Source: Myxococcota bacterium (GTDB taxonomy: Bacteria; Myxococcota_A; UBA9160; UBA4427). From it: a stretch of DNA of 64,000 nt. Within the stretch, counting starts at the first letter, position 1, and every line of letters starts with the position of its first letter. Of this stretch, positions 54,041-62,751 are shown piece by piece. The notes beneath the pieces were generated by a model that worked only from the letters and a program-made list of their open reading frames with translations, made no database searches and had not been told where the DNA came from. Where the stretch lies: assembly GCA_046583095.1 (NCBI GenBank), contig JAYGDB010000078.1:7220-71219 (forward strand), in the 5' to 3' direction. Position numbers and translations under genes: made by a program.

Positions 54041-55444
54041 ATGAGTGCCGCCACACAGCTCCCCGAACCCCACACCGAGATCGGATCCATCCCCGCCCAG
54101 GTCGCACGCCTGCGGCAGGCCTTCGAGGCCGGACGCACCCGGCCTCTCGAGTGGCGGCGCGACCAACTGAAGCAGCTCATCGCGATGCACGACGACCACG
54201 CCAACGAGTTCGTCGAGGCTCTGCACGCCGACTTCGGCAAGCCCACCTTCGAGGCCTTCACGAGTGACGTATCCCAGGGCAAGATGGAGGCGAAGAGCGC
54301 CCTCAAGAACCTGAAGAAGTGGACGCGACCCGAGCGCGTCGGACGGCTGCCGGTGATGGGCCGGGCCCGCGTGATCCGAGAGCCGCTGGGCGTCGTGTTG
54401 ATCATCTCGCCCTGGAATTACCCGGTCGGCCTGCTGCTCTCGCCCCTCGCCGGCGCGATCGCGGCCGGGAACGCCGTCGTGCTCAAGCCCTCCGAGGTTA
54501 CGCCGCACGTGTCCGCCGTGCTTGCGAAGCGAATCGGCGAGTACATGGATCCCGAGGCGATCGCCCTGGTAGAAGGCGGAGTGGACGAGACGACCGCGCT
54601 CCTCGATCAACGTTTCGATCACATCTTCTACACCGGGAATGGACGCGTGGCCCGGGTCGTGATGGAAGCGGCCGCGAAGCACCTCACCCCGGTCACCCTC
54701 GAACTCGGCGGCAAGAGCCCGTGCATCGTGCACGAGGATGCGGACATCGAGACGGCGGCACGCCGCATCGCGTGGGGAAAGTTCGTGAATGCGGGCCAGA
54801 CCTGCATTGCACCCGACTATGTGCTCGTGCACGAGTCGCGGGAGGAAGCCCTCGTCACCGCCCTCGAGAAATCGGTTCGGGACTTCTACGGCGACGACCC
54901 GAAGAGCACGTCGGACTACGCCCGCATCGTGAACCATCGCCATCACGAGCGCCTCGCAACCCTGATGAAGGACGGCACGCCGGCCTTCGGCGGCGAACTC
55001 GACGGTGAGCAGTGCTACGTGGCACCGACCGTCCTCCGGGGCGCAGACGACGAATCGTCGCTCATGCAGGAGGAGATCTTCGGGCCGATCCTGCCGATCC
55101 GAAAGATCCGCAACATCGACGAGGCCGTCGATTTCGTGAACGCACGTGAGAAACCCCTGGCCCTCTACCTGTTCACGAACGACAAGAAGGTCGAGGAAGA
55201 CGTCCTCGCGCGGACCAGCTCCGGCGGTGCCTGCGTGAACGGCACCCTTCTCCACATCATGGACTCACGACTGCCCTTCGGCGGTGTGGGCCCCTCCGGC
55301 ACGGGCGCCTACCACGGACGGCACACCTTCGAGGCATTCAGCCACCGCAAGTCAGTGCTGACCCGCGGCACGCGCTTCGACCCGAAGCTCATGTACCCGC
55401 CGTACGGGAAGACGTTGACGAAGCTCGTCAGACGCTTCATGTAG
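54041..55444 (+). CDS. Aldehyde dehydrogenase (class-3 / fatty aldehyde type)
   Basis: 467 aa. It has the catalytic ELGGKSP and GQTCIAPDY motifs and EEIFGPILP. Confidence 0.9.
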   Translation: MSAATQLPEPHTEIGSIPAQVARLRQAFEAGRTRPLEWRRDQLKQLIAMHDDHANEFVEALHADFGKPTFEAFTSDVSQGKMEAKSALKNLKKWTRPERVGRLPVMGRARVIREPLGVVLIISPWNYPVGLLLSPLAGAIAAGNAVVLKPSEVTPHVSAVLAKRIGEYMDPEAIALVEGGVDETTALLDQRFDHIFYTGNGRVARVVMEAAAKHLTPVTLELGGKSPCIVHEDADIETAARRIAWGKFVNAGQTCIAPDYVLVHESREEALVTALEKSVRDFYGDDPKSTSDYARIVNHRHHERLATLMKDGTPAFGGELDGEQCYVAPTVLRGADDESSLMQEEIFGPILPIRKIRNIDEAVDFVNAREKPLALYLFTNDKKVEEDVLARTSSGGACVNGTLLHIMDSRLPFGGVGPSGTGAYHGRHTFEAFSHRKSVLTRGTRFDPKLMYPPYGKTLTKLVRRFM

Positions 55445-55479
55445 GCAAGGGTGGGTGAATCGGCTCGCGGGAGAGAAGC

Positions 55480-55899
55480 ATGAGTGAATCGAGCGAGCTC
55501 GCGGACCGACTCGCACTGCGAGAGCTGGTCGATCGCTATGCGCAGATTCCGGATGACCGGGACTACGCGCTCGTCGACGACGTATTCGCCGAAGACGCCA
55601 CCCTCGTCGGGCCGGGCTTCGAGCTCTCTGGTCGTGAGCTGATCCGACAGGGCATGCAAGCCATCGAGCAGTATTCGGCGACGCTGCACTCGATGCACGG
55701 GCAGGTCGTCGAAATCCACGGCGACGAGGCCAGTGGCGACACCTGGTGCATCGCGAACCACATTCACGAGAAGGACGGGCAACCCCACAAGCTCGATTGG
55801 GGGATCCGCTACAAGGACCGCTACCGGCGCGACGCCGCCGGCTGGCGGATCGCCCATCGCGAGTTGGTGCTGGTCTGGAGCCAGGAGCTTCCGCTCTGA
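55480..55899 (+). CDS. SnoaL-like / NTF2-fold protein
   Basis: 139 aa. It has the LALRELVDRYAQIPDDRDY...W pattern typical of SnoaL_4/NTF2-like proteins. Confidence 0.7.
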   Translation: MSESSELADRLALRELVDRYAQIPDDRDYALVDDVFAEDATLVGPGFELSGRELIRQGMQAIEQYSATLHSMHGQVVEIHGDEASGDTWCIANHIHEKDGQPHKLDWGIRYKDRYRRDAAGWRIAHRELVLVWSQELPL

Positions 55900-56757
55900 T
55901 CAGCCCCCGAGCTTGAGTCCGCCCCCGGTGACGATCGGCGTGTTCGTCCAGCGCCCGTCGGGCGCGCGGTAGAAGCCGCCGGCGGCAAGGGCGCCACCAT
56001 CCATGTGCACCGTCGTGCCGGTCACCCAACTCGAGAGATCCGACGCGAGAAACAGCGCGCAACCCGCCGCATCGTCGGGGCGCCCGAAGCGCCCGAGCGG
56101 AATCCAGTACGGGATTCGGTCCCGGTGCTGCTCCGGGATCCAGCGCTGAACTGGAATCTGCAGCGTATCGGTCGTCTCCGGGGCAATCGCGTTTACCCGG
56201 ATCTTCTTGGGGCCGAGCTCGAGGGCGAGGCTCTTCGTGAACCCCGTGAGCCCAGTATTGAACGCCGAGTAGACAGCGGCTCCCGGAATCCCGCGAAACG
56301 CCTCGATGGTCGAAAAGTTGATGATGCTGCCGCCGTCTCCGTGCTCCAGCATGTGCGGCAGGGCCGCGCGCGTGCAGCGGAAGACCTGCTTGAGATTGAT
56401 GTCGTAGAGCACCTCCCAGTCGTCGTCGGTGCTGCGCACGAAAGCGCCGCCGCGACCCAGGTAGTCACCCACGAGGTTGACGAGAACGTCGATGCGGCCG
56501 AAGGCCCGCACACCGGCCGCCACCATCGAGTCCACCTGGGACTGGATCCGAACATCACTCACGTGAGCCAGGGCCCGGCCGCCCCGCTCCTCGATTGCGG
56601 CGACAGTCTCCTCGGCTCGTCCCGCGTCCTGCTCGGCGACGATGACCGCGGCACCGTAGGCCGCGAAGGTCTCGGAGATGCTCCTCCCCATGCCTCCACC
56701 ACCGCCGGTGACGATGGCGACCTTCCCTTCCAACGAGACGGCAGATCGATCCAACAT
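55900..56757 (-). CDS. SDR family oxidoreductase, atypical (YxxxN)
   Basis: The start at MLDRSAVSLEGKVAIVTGGGGGMGRS (ATG at 56757) gives 285 aa. It has a Rossmann TGxxxGxG. The active-site region is VYSAFNTGLTGFTKSLALEL, with Asn where the catalytic Lys is expected. Confidence 0.85.
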   Translation of the reverse strand: MLDRSAVSLEGKVAIVTGGGGGMGRSISETFAAYGAAVIVAEQDAGRAEETVAAIEERGGRALAHVSDVRIQSQVDSMVAAGVRAFGRIDVLVNLVGDYLGRGGAFVRSTDDDWEVLYDINLKQVFRCTRAALPHMLEHGDGGSIINFSTIEAFRGIPGAAVYSAFNTGLTGFTKSLALELGPKKIRVNAIAPETTDTLQIPVQRWIPEQHRDRIPYWIPLGRFGRPDDAAGCALFLASDLSSWVTGTTVHMDGGALAAGGFYRAPDGRWTNTPIVTGGGLKLGG

Positions 56758-56851
56758 GCTCTTCTCCTCTCTCGAGGAGGAGAGGGTACCAGCCACGCGA
56801 CGCGGCGAGCGGGTCTAAAATCGATCGTCGGCGAGTCTTCAGATTCGCCAG

Positions 56852-57271
56852 CTAGTACGCGTCGTCTTCCTCGTCCTCGAGGCCGGGCTCCGACTCGCGC
56901 CGCGAGATCCCGAGAGCCTGGGACTCCGTCTCATCGGGGTCCCAGGCGTCCCCCTCGATCGCTTCCGGGAAATCCGAAAAGGGGAACGGCACCCGCGACT
57001 CGTTGTAGGTCAGATAGCGTCCGAGCCTGTAGTAGTAGGAGAGGATTCGGTTCGCGAACTCCCGCACGCGCAGGCTCGGCGGGCGCTGGGTCGCGAGCGC
57101 GACGATCAACTGGAAGAACACGATCAGCCAGAGAACCGTCTCGAGCACGCCGCCGATCAGCGCGAAGAGCAGGCTGAGGAGGATCCTCAGCCCCGTGTCG
57201 CCGCGGCGAATCCGCTGGTCTTCAGTGACTTCGTCGATCTGACTCATGCTGGTGTAAATCCCCTGTGACAT
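56852..57271 (-). CDS. DUF4389-like membrane protein
   Basis: The start at MSQGIYTSMSQ (ATG at 57271) is preceded by GGAGG and gives 139 aa. It has two TM helices (LRILLSLLFALIGGVLETVLWLIVFFQLIVAL) and an acidic tail. Confidence 0.6.
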   Translation of the reverse strand: MSQGIYTSMSQIDEVTEDQRIRRGDTGLRILLSLLFALIGGVLETVLWLIVFFQLIVALATQRPPSLRVREFANRILSYYYRLGRYLTYNESRVPFPFSDFPEAIEGDAWDPDETESQALGISRRESEPGLEDEEDDAY

Positions 57272-57407
57272 CGGCACCTCCTGCTCGTTCCCCGGAAGGG
57301 ATTGCAGGAGGCGTGCCGGCCCCGCTGATCGTTTAGAACGCCGCTCGAGGCCTCCCGACCTCTCATCCGTGCAGGGCCGCCGCTGCACTGCAGCAGAGCC
57401 ACTGCGA

Positions 57408-58154
57408 TCACTTCGCCGAGTATCCTCCATCGACACACAGGGTCTGCCCGGTGATGAACCTGGCTGACGAACTGGCCAGAAAGAGGTACGCGGGCGCGAT
57501 GTCCTCCGGGGTTCCCCAACGGCCCATCGGCGTGCGATCCATCTCGGGCTGCTCGAGGGCCGGCACCCCCTTCATGACCCGGGTCATGTTGCTCTCGATG
57601 AGGCCCGGCGCGACCGCGTTCACCCGGACATTGTCCTTCGCCCAGGCAACACCGAGGTTCTTCGTCATCTGCACGATCGCCGCCTTGGCGGCCCCGTAGC
57701 CCGGCACCAGCGGCACGGCCACAAACGCCGACATGCTCGCGATGTTGAGCACGCTGCCGCCTCCCTCGAGGCGGCTCTTCGCGAGCCGATCCTTGCAGCC
57801 AACGGCCAACTGGAACGCGCCGAATAGGTTGATGCGCACGGCCTCCTCGAAGACCTCGGGCTTCCACTCGTCGCGCGCCACCAGGTTCGCACCGGCGTTG
57901 TTGACGAGCACATCGAGGCCGTCCAGTGAATCGACGAGGGCGTCGAGAGACTCGGGATCGCGCATGTCGGCGCCGCGGTACGAGAACGCCGAGAGGTCGT
58001 GGTCGTAGTCGCCGGCCGACGCGCGGGTTCCGGTGATCAGCACGTCGGCGCCGGCCTCGGCGAAGCCGTGGGCGATCCCCAGCCCGATGCCGTTCGAGCC
58101 GCCGGTCACTAGCACCCGGGTACCCCTGAAGTCGAAGCTCGCGGGCCCGCTCAT
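57408..58154 (-). CDS. SDR family oxidoreductase
   Basis: The start at MSGPASFDFRGTRVLVTGGSNGIGLG (ATG at 58154) overlaps the upstream gene as ATGA and gives 248 aa. It has NNAG and YGAAKAA. Confidence 0.9.
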   Translation of the reverse strand: MSGPASFDFRGTRVLVTGGSNGIGLGIAHGFAEAGADVLITGTRASAGDYDHDLSAFSYRGADMRDPESLDALVDSLDGLDVLVNNAGANLVARDEWKPEVFEEAVRINLFGAFQLAVGCKDRLAKSRLEGGGSVLNIASMSAFVAVPLVPGYGAAKAAIVQMTKNLGVAWAKDNVRVNAVAPGLIESNMTRVMKGVPALEQPEMDRTPMGRWGTPEDIAPAYLFLASSSARFITGQTLCVDGGYSAK

Positions 58155-59401
58155 CGTCGCTCCTTCATCGTTGCGATCTCCCGGCGCAGCCACGACAGCA
58201 TCCAGAAGTTTTCGCTCTCGGCCTCGAGCTGCTCGTGGGCCGCGATGCTCACGTCCAGGGCGGGGCCGTGGCTCGGATCGACGTTCAGCACGACCTCCGC
58301 GAGATGGATCGCTTCGATGGGCTGCTGGGCGTCGAGCCGCTCCCGGGCGCGCTTGGCGATCGTGTCCGGCCCCACCAGGTCCACCAGATCCCCGTGCACG
58401 CTGTTTGCCGGGACCGGATACAGCTCCGTGGTTGATTCGTGGTGAAACCAGCCGAGGTAGTTCTCGTAGATGGCGCGGACGCACCAGGAAAGCTTCCCGT
58501 AGCCCTCGCCGATCGACAGCTCGGGAGGTAGCTGGATATCGCGCATGGCCGTCCAGACGTCCACGCCGTCGTTCATCCGCTTCACCGTCTCCTCGTGCAG
58601 GAAGCGGACGGCGTCGCGCAGGTGCTCCAGCTCCCAGCGGATCACGTCGGCGCCTTCGATGGGCGGACCGTGACCCACCAGCAGCCGTTCGGGCTCGAGC
58701 GCCAGCACCCGCTCGAGCGAGTCGATGAAGGCCAATGCATCGCGGTAGCGATCGCCGCGGATCGTCACGAGATTCGGCACGTGCCCGAAGAGGGCACTGA
58801 ACAGGTTGCCTGCGAGACAGATGCGGTGCTGCGGAAGCCAGACCGCCATCGACTCGGTGGTCTCGCCGCCCGGAACGTGGAGGAGTTCGAAGCGGATCCC
58901 CCCGAGTTCGAAGTCGTAGCGGTCCGAGAAGGTGAGAGTCGGCGTGGGCCGGGCTTGGGCGTTCGAACCCAGACCACTCGTCTTCCCATACTCCGCCGCC
59001 TTCGCGAGCGTCGCGGCGAACGCGAAGCTGCTGCGCCCGCCATGGACACGGCGCAGCAGCGCGTCCTCGTCCTGGTAGGCCTGGTTTCCCTCGTGGGCGA
59101 CGATCTCGGTCCCTTCTTCGCGGAAGAGATCGACCCCCCCGACGTGGTCGACGTGGGCCTGGGTGAGCAGGATGTATCGGACGGGCCCGTCGTCGACGGC
59201 GTCGTAGTTGCGCTTGTGGACCGGAGCCTCGAAGCCCATTCCGGTATTGATTACGACCCGGCCCTCGCGGGTCACCACCAGGTAGCTGCTCGACAGTCCC
59301 TCGGACATGTAGAGGAATTCGTTGAGCTGTCGCGCTTCAGGCATCGACGCCGGTTGGATTCCGAAGCCACCGGGGCGGGAGTGATGGACGGGGGTCGGCA
59401 T
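58151..59401 (-). CDS. MBL-fold hydrolase with alkyl-sulfatase dimerisation-type C-terminal domain
   Basis: The start at MPTPVHH (ATG at 59401) gives 416 aa. The MBL motif reads LLTQAHVDHVGG (QxHxDH). The C-terminal part (YENYLGWFHHESTTELYPVP...) resembles the alkyl-sulfatase dimerisation domain. No SCP2-like tail is present. Confidence 0.78.
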   Translation of the reverse strand: MPTPVHHSRPGGFGIQPASMPEARQLNEFLYMSEGLSSSYLVVTREGRVVINTGMGFEAPVHKRNYDAVDDGPVRYILLTQAHVDHVGGVDLFREEGTEIVAHEGNQAYQDEDALLRRVHGGRSSFAFAATLAKAAEYGKTSGLGSNAQARPTPTLTFSDRYDFELGGIRFELLHVPGGETTESMAVWLPQHRICLAGNLFSALFGHVPNLVTIRGDRYRDALAFIDSLERVLALEPERLLVGHGPPIEGADVIRWELEHLRDAVRFLHEETVKRMNDGVDVWTAMRDIQLPPELSIGEGYGKLSWCVRAIYENYLGWFHHESTTELYPVPANSVHGDLVDLVGPDTIAKRARERLDAQQPIEAIHLAEVVLNVDPSHGPALDVSIAAHEQLEAESENFWMLSWLRREIATMKERR

Positions 59402-59464
59402 GGGCGCTCTCCTCGAGAGTCGCGATAGAATGGCTGGCCCTGGATTCTCGCACGGGAGGCAGAC

Positions 59465-59920
59465 ATGTCGAACCCCCAACAACTCGCCGATCTCGGCCTC
59501 GGGTCGATCGAGCAGGTCGCCTATATCGTCGAGGACATGGAGCGCGCGATCCCGCGCTACGAGGCGCTGTTCGGGCCCTTCACGGTGAGCGAGCAGACGC
59601 TCGACGACTGCACGGTGCGGGGTGCCAGCACCGATCTCGAGATGAAGATGGCCGTCAACAACTCCAGCCCCGTCGAAATCGAGCTGATCCAGCCCGTGAA
59701 GGGCGACTCCCCGTGGTCCGAGCATCTCGAGAGCCACGGCGAAGGGCTCCACCACGTCCGCTTCCGGGTGACCGGCATCGACGCGAAGCTCGAAGAGCTG
59801 GGCGGGCGAGGCTTCGAGACCCTGATGTACAAGCGCTTCGGGCCGGACATCGCCTTCGCGTATCTCGAGACGCCGGCGGAGTTCGGCGCTCACATCATCG
59901 AGCTGCTGGAGATGCCGTAG
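59465..59920 (+). CDS. VOC (glyoxalase / methylmalonyl-CoA-epimerase-like) family protein
   Basis: 151 aa. Motifs are IEQVAYIVEDMERAI...IELIQP...GEGLHHVRFRV. Confidence 0.85.
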   Translation: MSNPQQLADLGLGSIEQVAYIVEDMERAIPRYEALFGPFTVSEQTLDDCTVRGASTDLEMKMAVNNSSPVEIELIQPVKGDSPWSEHLESHGEGLHHVRFRVTGIDAKLEELGGRGFETLMYKRFGPDIAFAYLETPAEFGAHIIELLEMP

Positions 59921-59923
59921 CTC

Positions 59924-60670
59924 TCAGACCTCGTCCCTGGGCTCGTTCTCGAGGTTCACGATCTCGCCGACCTTCGATTCGTCCCGGATCAGATCCAGGA
60001 CGGCGGCCGCGATGTCTTCCGGCTGAAACGGCACAATGGAGTCATAGAAGGGCCGCAGCCAGTCGGCGATCCGACCGTCACCGGTCTCGAGAATCATCGG
60101 CGTCTCAACGATGCCCGGACAGACACAATTGACCCGAACGCCGTAGCTGTCGGCCAGGTGCGTGCACGAGTTCGTGAAGTTCACGACACCGGCCTTCGTG
60201 CCCGCATAGACGGCTTGGGGGGGGAGCGGCATGAAGGCCGCACCCGAACTGGTATTGATGACGACGCCACCACCGCTGCGCTTCATCGGCTCGAGTGCGA
60301 GTTGGGTCCCCAGTACCACAGCTCGCAGGTTCACATCGACGATCGCGGCACAGCGCTCCGGCTCGACATCGGGCCACATCCCCGATCCCTCGCCCATGCC
60401 CGCGTTGTTGTGGAGCACGTCCAGCCGGCCGTAGCGGCTCTCGGTCTCGCTGAAGAGCTTCCGCAGTGAATCAAGGTCAGCGACGTCCGTCCGGAGGGGG
60501 AGCGCCTCGCTACCGGCGGCGGTGACGGCGGCCGCAGTCTGCTCGGCCTCCTGCAGGTCTGCGAGTACGACCGCTCGGGCACCGGCCTGCGCGAGAGCCA
60601 CGGCCGTCGCACGTCCGATTCCACTGGCGGCTCCGGTGACGATCGCGACACGGTCCTGGATTTCCATCAC
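59924..60670 (-). CDS. SDR family oxidoreductase
   Basis: 248 aa. It has VAIVTGAASGIGRA, NNAG and YAGTKAG. Confidence 0.9.
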   Translation of the reverse strand: MMEIQDRVAIVTGAASGIGRATAVALAQAGARAVVLADLQEAEQTAAAVTAAGSEALPLRTDVADLDSLRKLFSETESRYGRLDVLHNNAGMGEGSGMWPDVEPERCAAIVDVNLRAVVLGTQLALEPMKRSGGGVVINTSSGAAFMPLPPQAVYAGTKAGVVNFTNSCTHLADSYGVRVNCVCPGIVETPMILETGDGRIADWLRPFYDSIVPFQPEDIAAAVLDLIRDESKVGEIVNLENEPRDEV

Positions 60671-60705
60671 TCGACGGTAGCAGCGAGTTGCTAGCCTGAG
60701 ATGTC

Positions 60706-61950
60706 ATGGTCAGCCTTCCCTCCCTTCCTCTCCCGGTTCGCTTCTACAACGGCCTCCGCCGCCTGGCAAGCCGGGTCGGCGTTCCCGTCGGGCGCCTCGA
60801 CGCGAACACCCTGATGCAGCGAGCGCGGACGAACACCGGGCTGTCCGACTTCGGCCCGGACACCTTCCGCGAACCACTCGAGCATCTCATCGCCTCGCTC
60901 GAGGCGGACGCCGGTCTGACCGCCCTCGGCTACGACATCGCGGCGCAGCAGCTGACCGGCGCACTCGAGAACCGACTCCGCTTGAACGAGTGCATCGCAC
61001 GAGAGCCCGAAATCACCCGAGGTGAAATCACGCGGCCGGTCTTCATCGTCGGCATGCCCCGAACCGGGACGAGCATCCTGCACGAATTGGTGGCCCAGGA
61101 TCCGAACGTGCGGGTACCCCTGACCTGGGAGGTGACCTCTCCGACGCCCCCGCCCGAAACGGCCAGCTACGCGAGCGACCCTCGCATCCGGGAGTGCAAC
61201 GAGTCCCTCGCCGGCACGGACCGGCTGATTCCCGGCTTTCGCAAGATGCACCGAATGGACGCTCAACTGCCCCAGGAAGACGTCTCCATGACGTCTCTCG
61301 AGTTCACCAGCATGCTCTACGAGGCGTCGTTCCGACTCCCGAGCTACACGGCCTGGTTCCATCGCGACGCCGACATGAGGCCCGCGTATCGACTGCACCG
61401 CCGCTTCCTCCAGGTTCTGCAGTGGCGGTGCCCGGCCGATCGTTGGATCCTGAAGACACCCGGACATCTCTGGGCTCTCGACTCGCTGCTCGCCGAGTAT
61501 CCCGACGCGTGCCTGATCCAGACCCACCGGGATCCTCTCCAGATCGTGTCCTCGCTGACGAGCCTGCTGACGACGCTGCGGGCCCTCGCGAGCGACCGCG
61601 TCGATCCTCACGACATCGCGCGCGAGTGGTCGGAGTTGAACGCCCAGGCCTACGACGCCTCTATCGAAGCCCGGGAGAGCGGGCTGATCGCGCCCGACCA
61701 GGTGATCGACATCCACTTCCACGACTTCATGGCCGATCCGTTCGCACAGATCCAACGCATCTACGCGAAGTTCGGCCTCGACTACACCGACGCCGCCGAC
61801 GCCCGCATGCGCGCATACCTCGCCGAGCACTCCGACGAAGAGCACGGCAAGCACGCGCATCGCTTCGAAGACACCGGCCTGGACGTCGGCGAGGCTCGCG
61901 AACGTGTCGCGCGATACGTGGACTACTTCGACATCCCGTCGGAGGTATGA
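60706..61950 (+). CDS. Sulfotransferase family protein (PAPS-dependent type)
   Basis: 414 aa. The 5'-PSB P-loop is VFIVGMPRTGTSILHELV and the 3'-PB-like segment is ILKTPGHLWALDSL...THRDP. Confidence 0.82.
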   Translation: MVSLPSLPLPVRFYNGLRRLASRVGVPVGRLDANTLMQRARTNTGLSDFGPDTFREPLEHLIASLEADAGLTALGYDIAAQQLTGALENRLRLNECIAREPEITRGEITRPVFIVGMPRTGTSILHELVAQDPNVRVPLTWEVTSPTPPPETASYASDPRIRECNESLAGTDRLIPGFRKMHRMDAQLPQEDVSMTSLEFTSMLYEASFRLPSYTAWFHRDADMRPAYRLHRRFLQVLQWRCPADRWILKTPGHLWALDSLLAEYPDACLIQTHRDPLQIVSSLTSLLTTLRALASDRVDPHDIAREWSELNAQAYDASIEARESGLIAPDQVIDIHFHDFMADPFAQIQRIYAKFGLDYTDAADARMRAYLAEHSDEEHGKHAHRFEDTGLDVGEARERVARYVDYFDIPSEV

Positions 61951-62043
61951 AGAGAAGAGATAGACGACAAGGCTCCGGTCGCCGAAACGAAGGCGGAGTG
62001 AGCGATCGAGTAGAGGCGGCCGGCCGCCTTGGCTGGAACGGAG

Positions 62044-62730
62044 CTATCCCTGGAAATACTCCGACATGGGCGTCGATTCGAGGGCGCTCAGATCGAGGAA
62101 GGCGTTGACACTGTCCATCATGCGCGCCAGCCGACGCTTGTGCTCTTCCTTCGAGTCGCAGGCGTACCAGGCGAGCGGGTCGGTCAACGCCTCGATCGGG
62201 AAACTCTCCTCGACGATTCCATCCCAGTCTGCGCCCTCTTCCGTGAGGCGACGAACCACCGCATTTCGCACATAGGCGAAGGTCGACTGCGTCTCGATGG
62301 CCACCCGCTTGTGCTCGATGTTCCAGCGATCGATGAACTCTGCATACGAGATGTCGGGCTTCTGCTTGATGCAGGTGACGAGGTTCGCGCCCTTGGCCCG
62401 CTCGCCGACAGGCGGCTCGTGGACGAGCGGTCGAGACTCGACGACCAGGTAGCCGGCCAGGCTTGCTGCCTCGGCGTCCAGGGCGGCTTCGCAAGGACTG
62501 CGGTCGTCGGCGTTCTGCATCCAGAAGGAGACCATCGCGCGGATCGGCGGATCCGAGAGGCGAATTTTCACCCCGGAGCCGTCGGCGACGCCCTCGTCGT
62601 CGACGTTCACGCTGATCCCTGAGGCACCCGCCTCGCGCAGAGCGGGTACAGCCTTCTCGATCAGCGCGCCGCGCAGGTCGGCTCCAGGGACGTCGGTCTC
62701 CCGCGTGATCAGATAGACGAGCTTCTCCAC
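62044..62730 (-). CDS. EthD-like (dimeric alpha/beta-barrel) tandem-domain protein
   Basis: 228 aa. The second half (LVTCIKQKPDISYAEFIDRWNIEHKRV) is EthD-like. The first half (MEKLVYLITRE...) has a similar pattern. Confidence 0.55.
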   Translation of the reverse strand: MEKLVYLITRETDVPGADLRGALIEKAVPALREAGASGISVNVDDEGVADGSGVKIRLSDPPIRAMVSFWMQNADDRSPCEAALDAEAASLAGYLVVESRPLVHEPPVGERAKGANLVTCIKQKPDISYAEFIDRWNIEHKRVAIETQSTFAYVRNAVVRRLTEEGADWDGIVEESFPIEALTDPLAWYACDSKEEHKRRLARMMDSVNAFLDLSALESTPMSEYFQG

Positions 62731-62751
62731 TTCACTTCCTTCCTGGGATGG

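Noticed and set aside
54017-55255. 412-aa minus-strand ORF
   Set aside because: It is antisense to the aldehyde dehydrogenase, which carries both catalytic motifs.
59402-59893. N-terminal 164-codon extension of the MBL ORF (track start 59893)
   Set aside because: It would overlap the well-supported VOC gene on the opposite strand. The conserved MBL sequence begins after the ATG at 59401.
60691-61860. 389-aa minus-strand ORF
   Set aside because: It is antisense to the sulfotransferase gene, which has the PAPS-binding P-loop.
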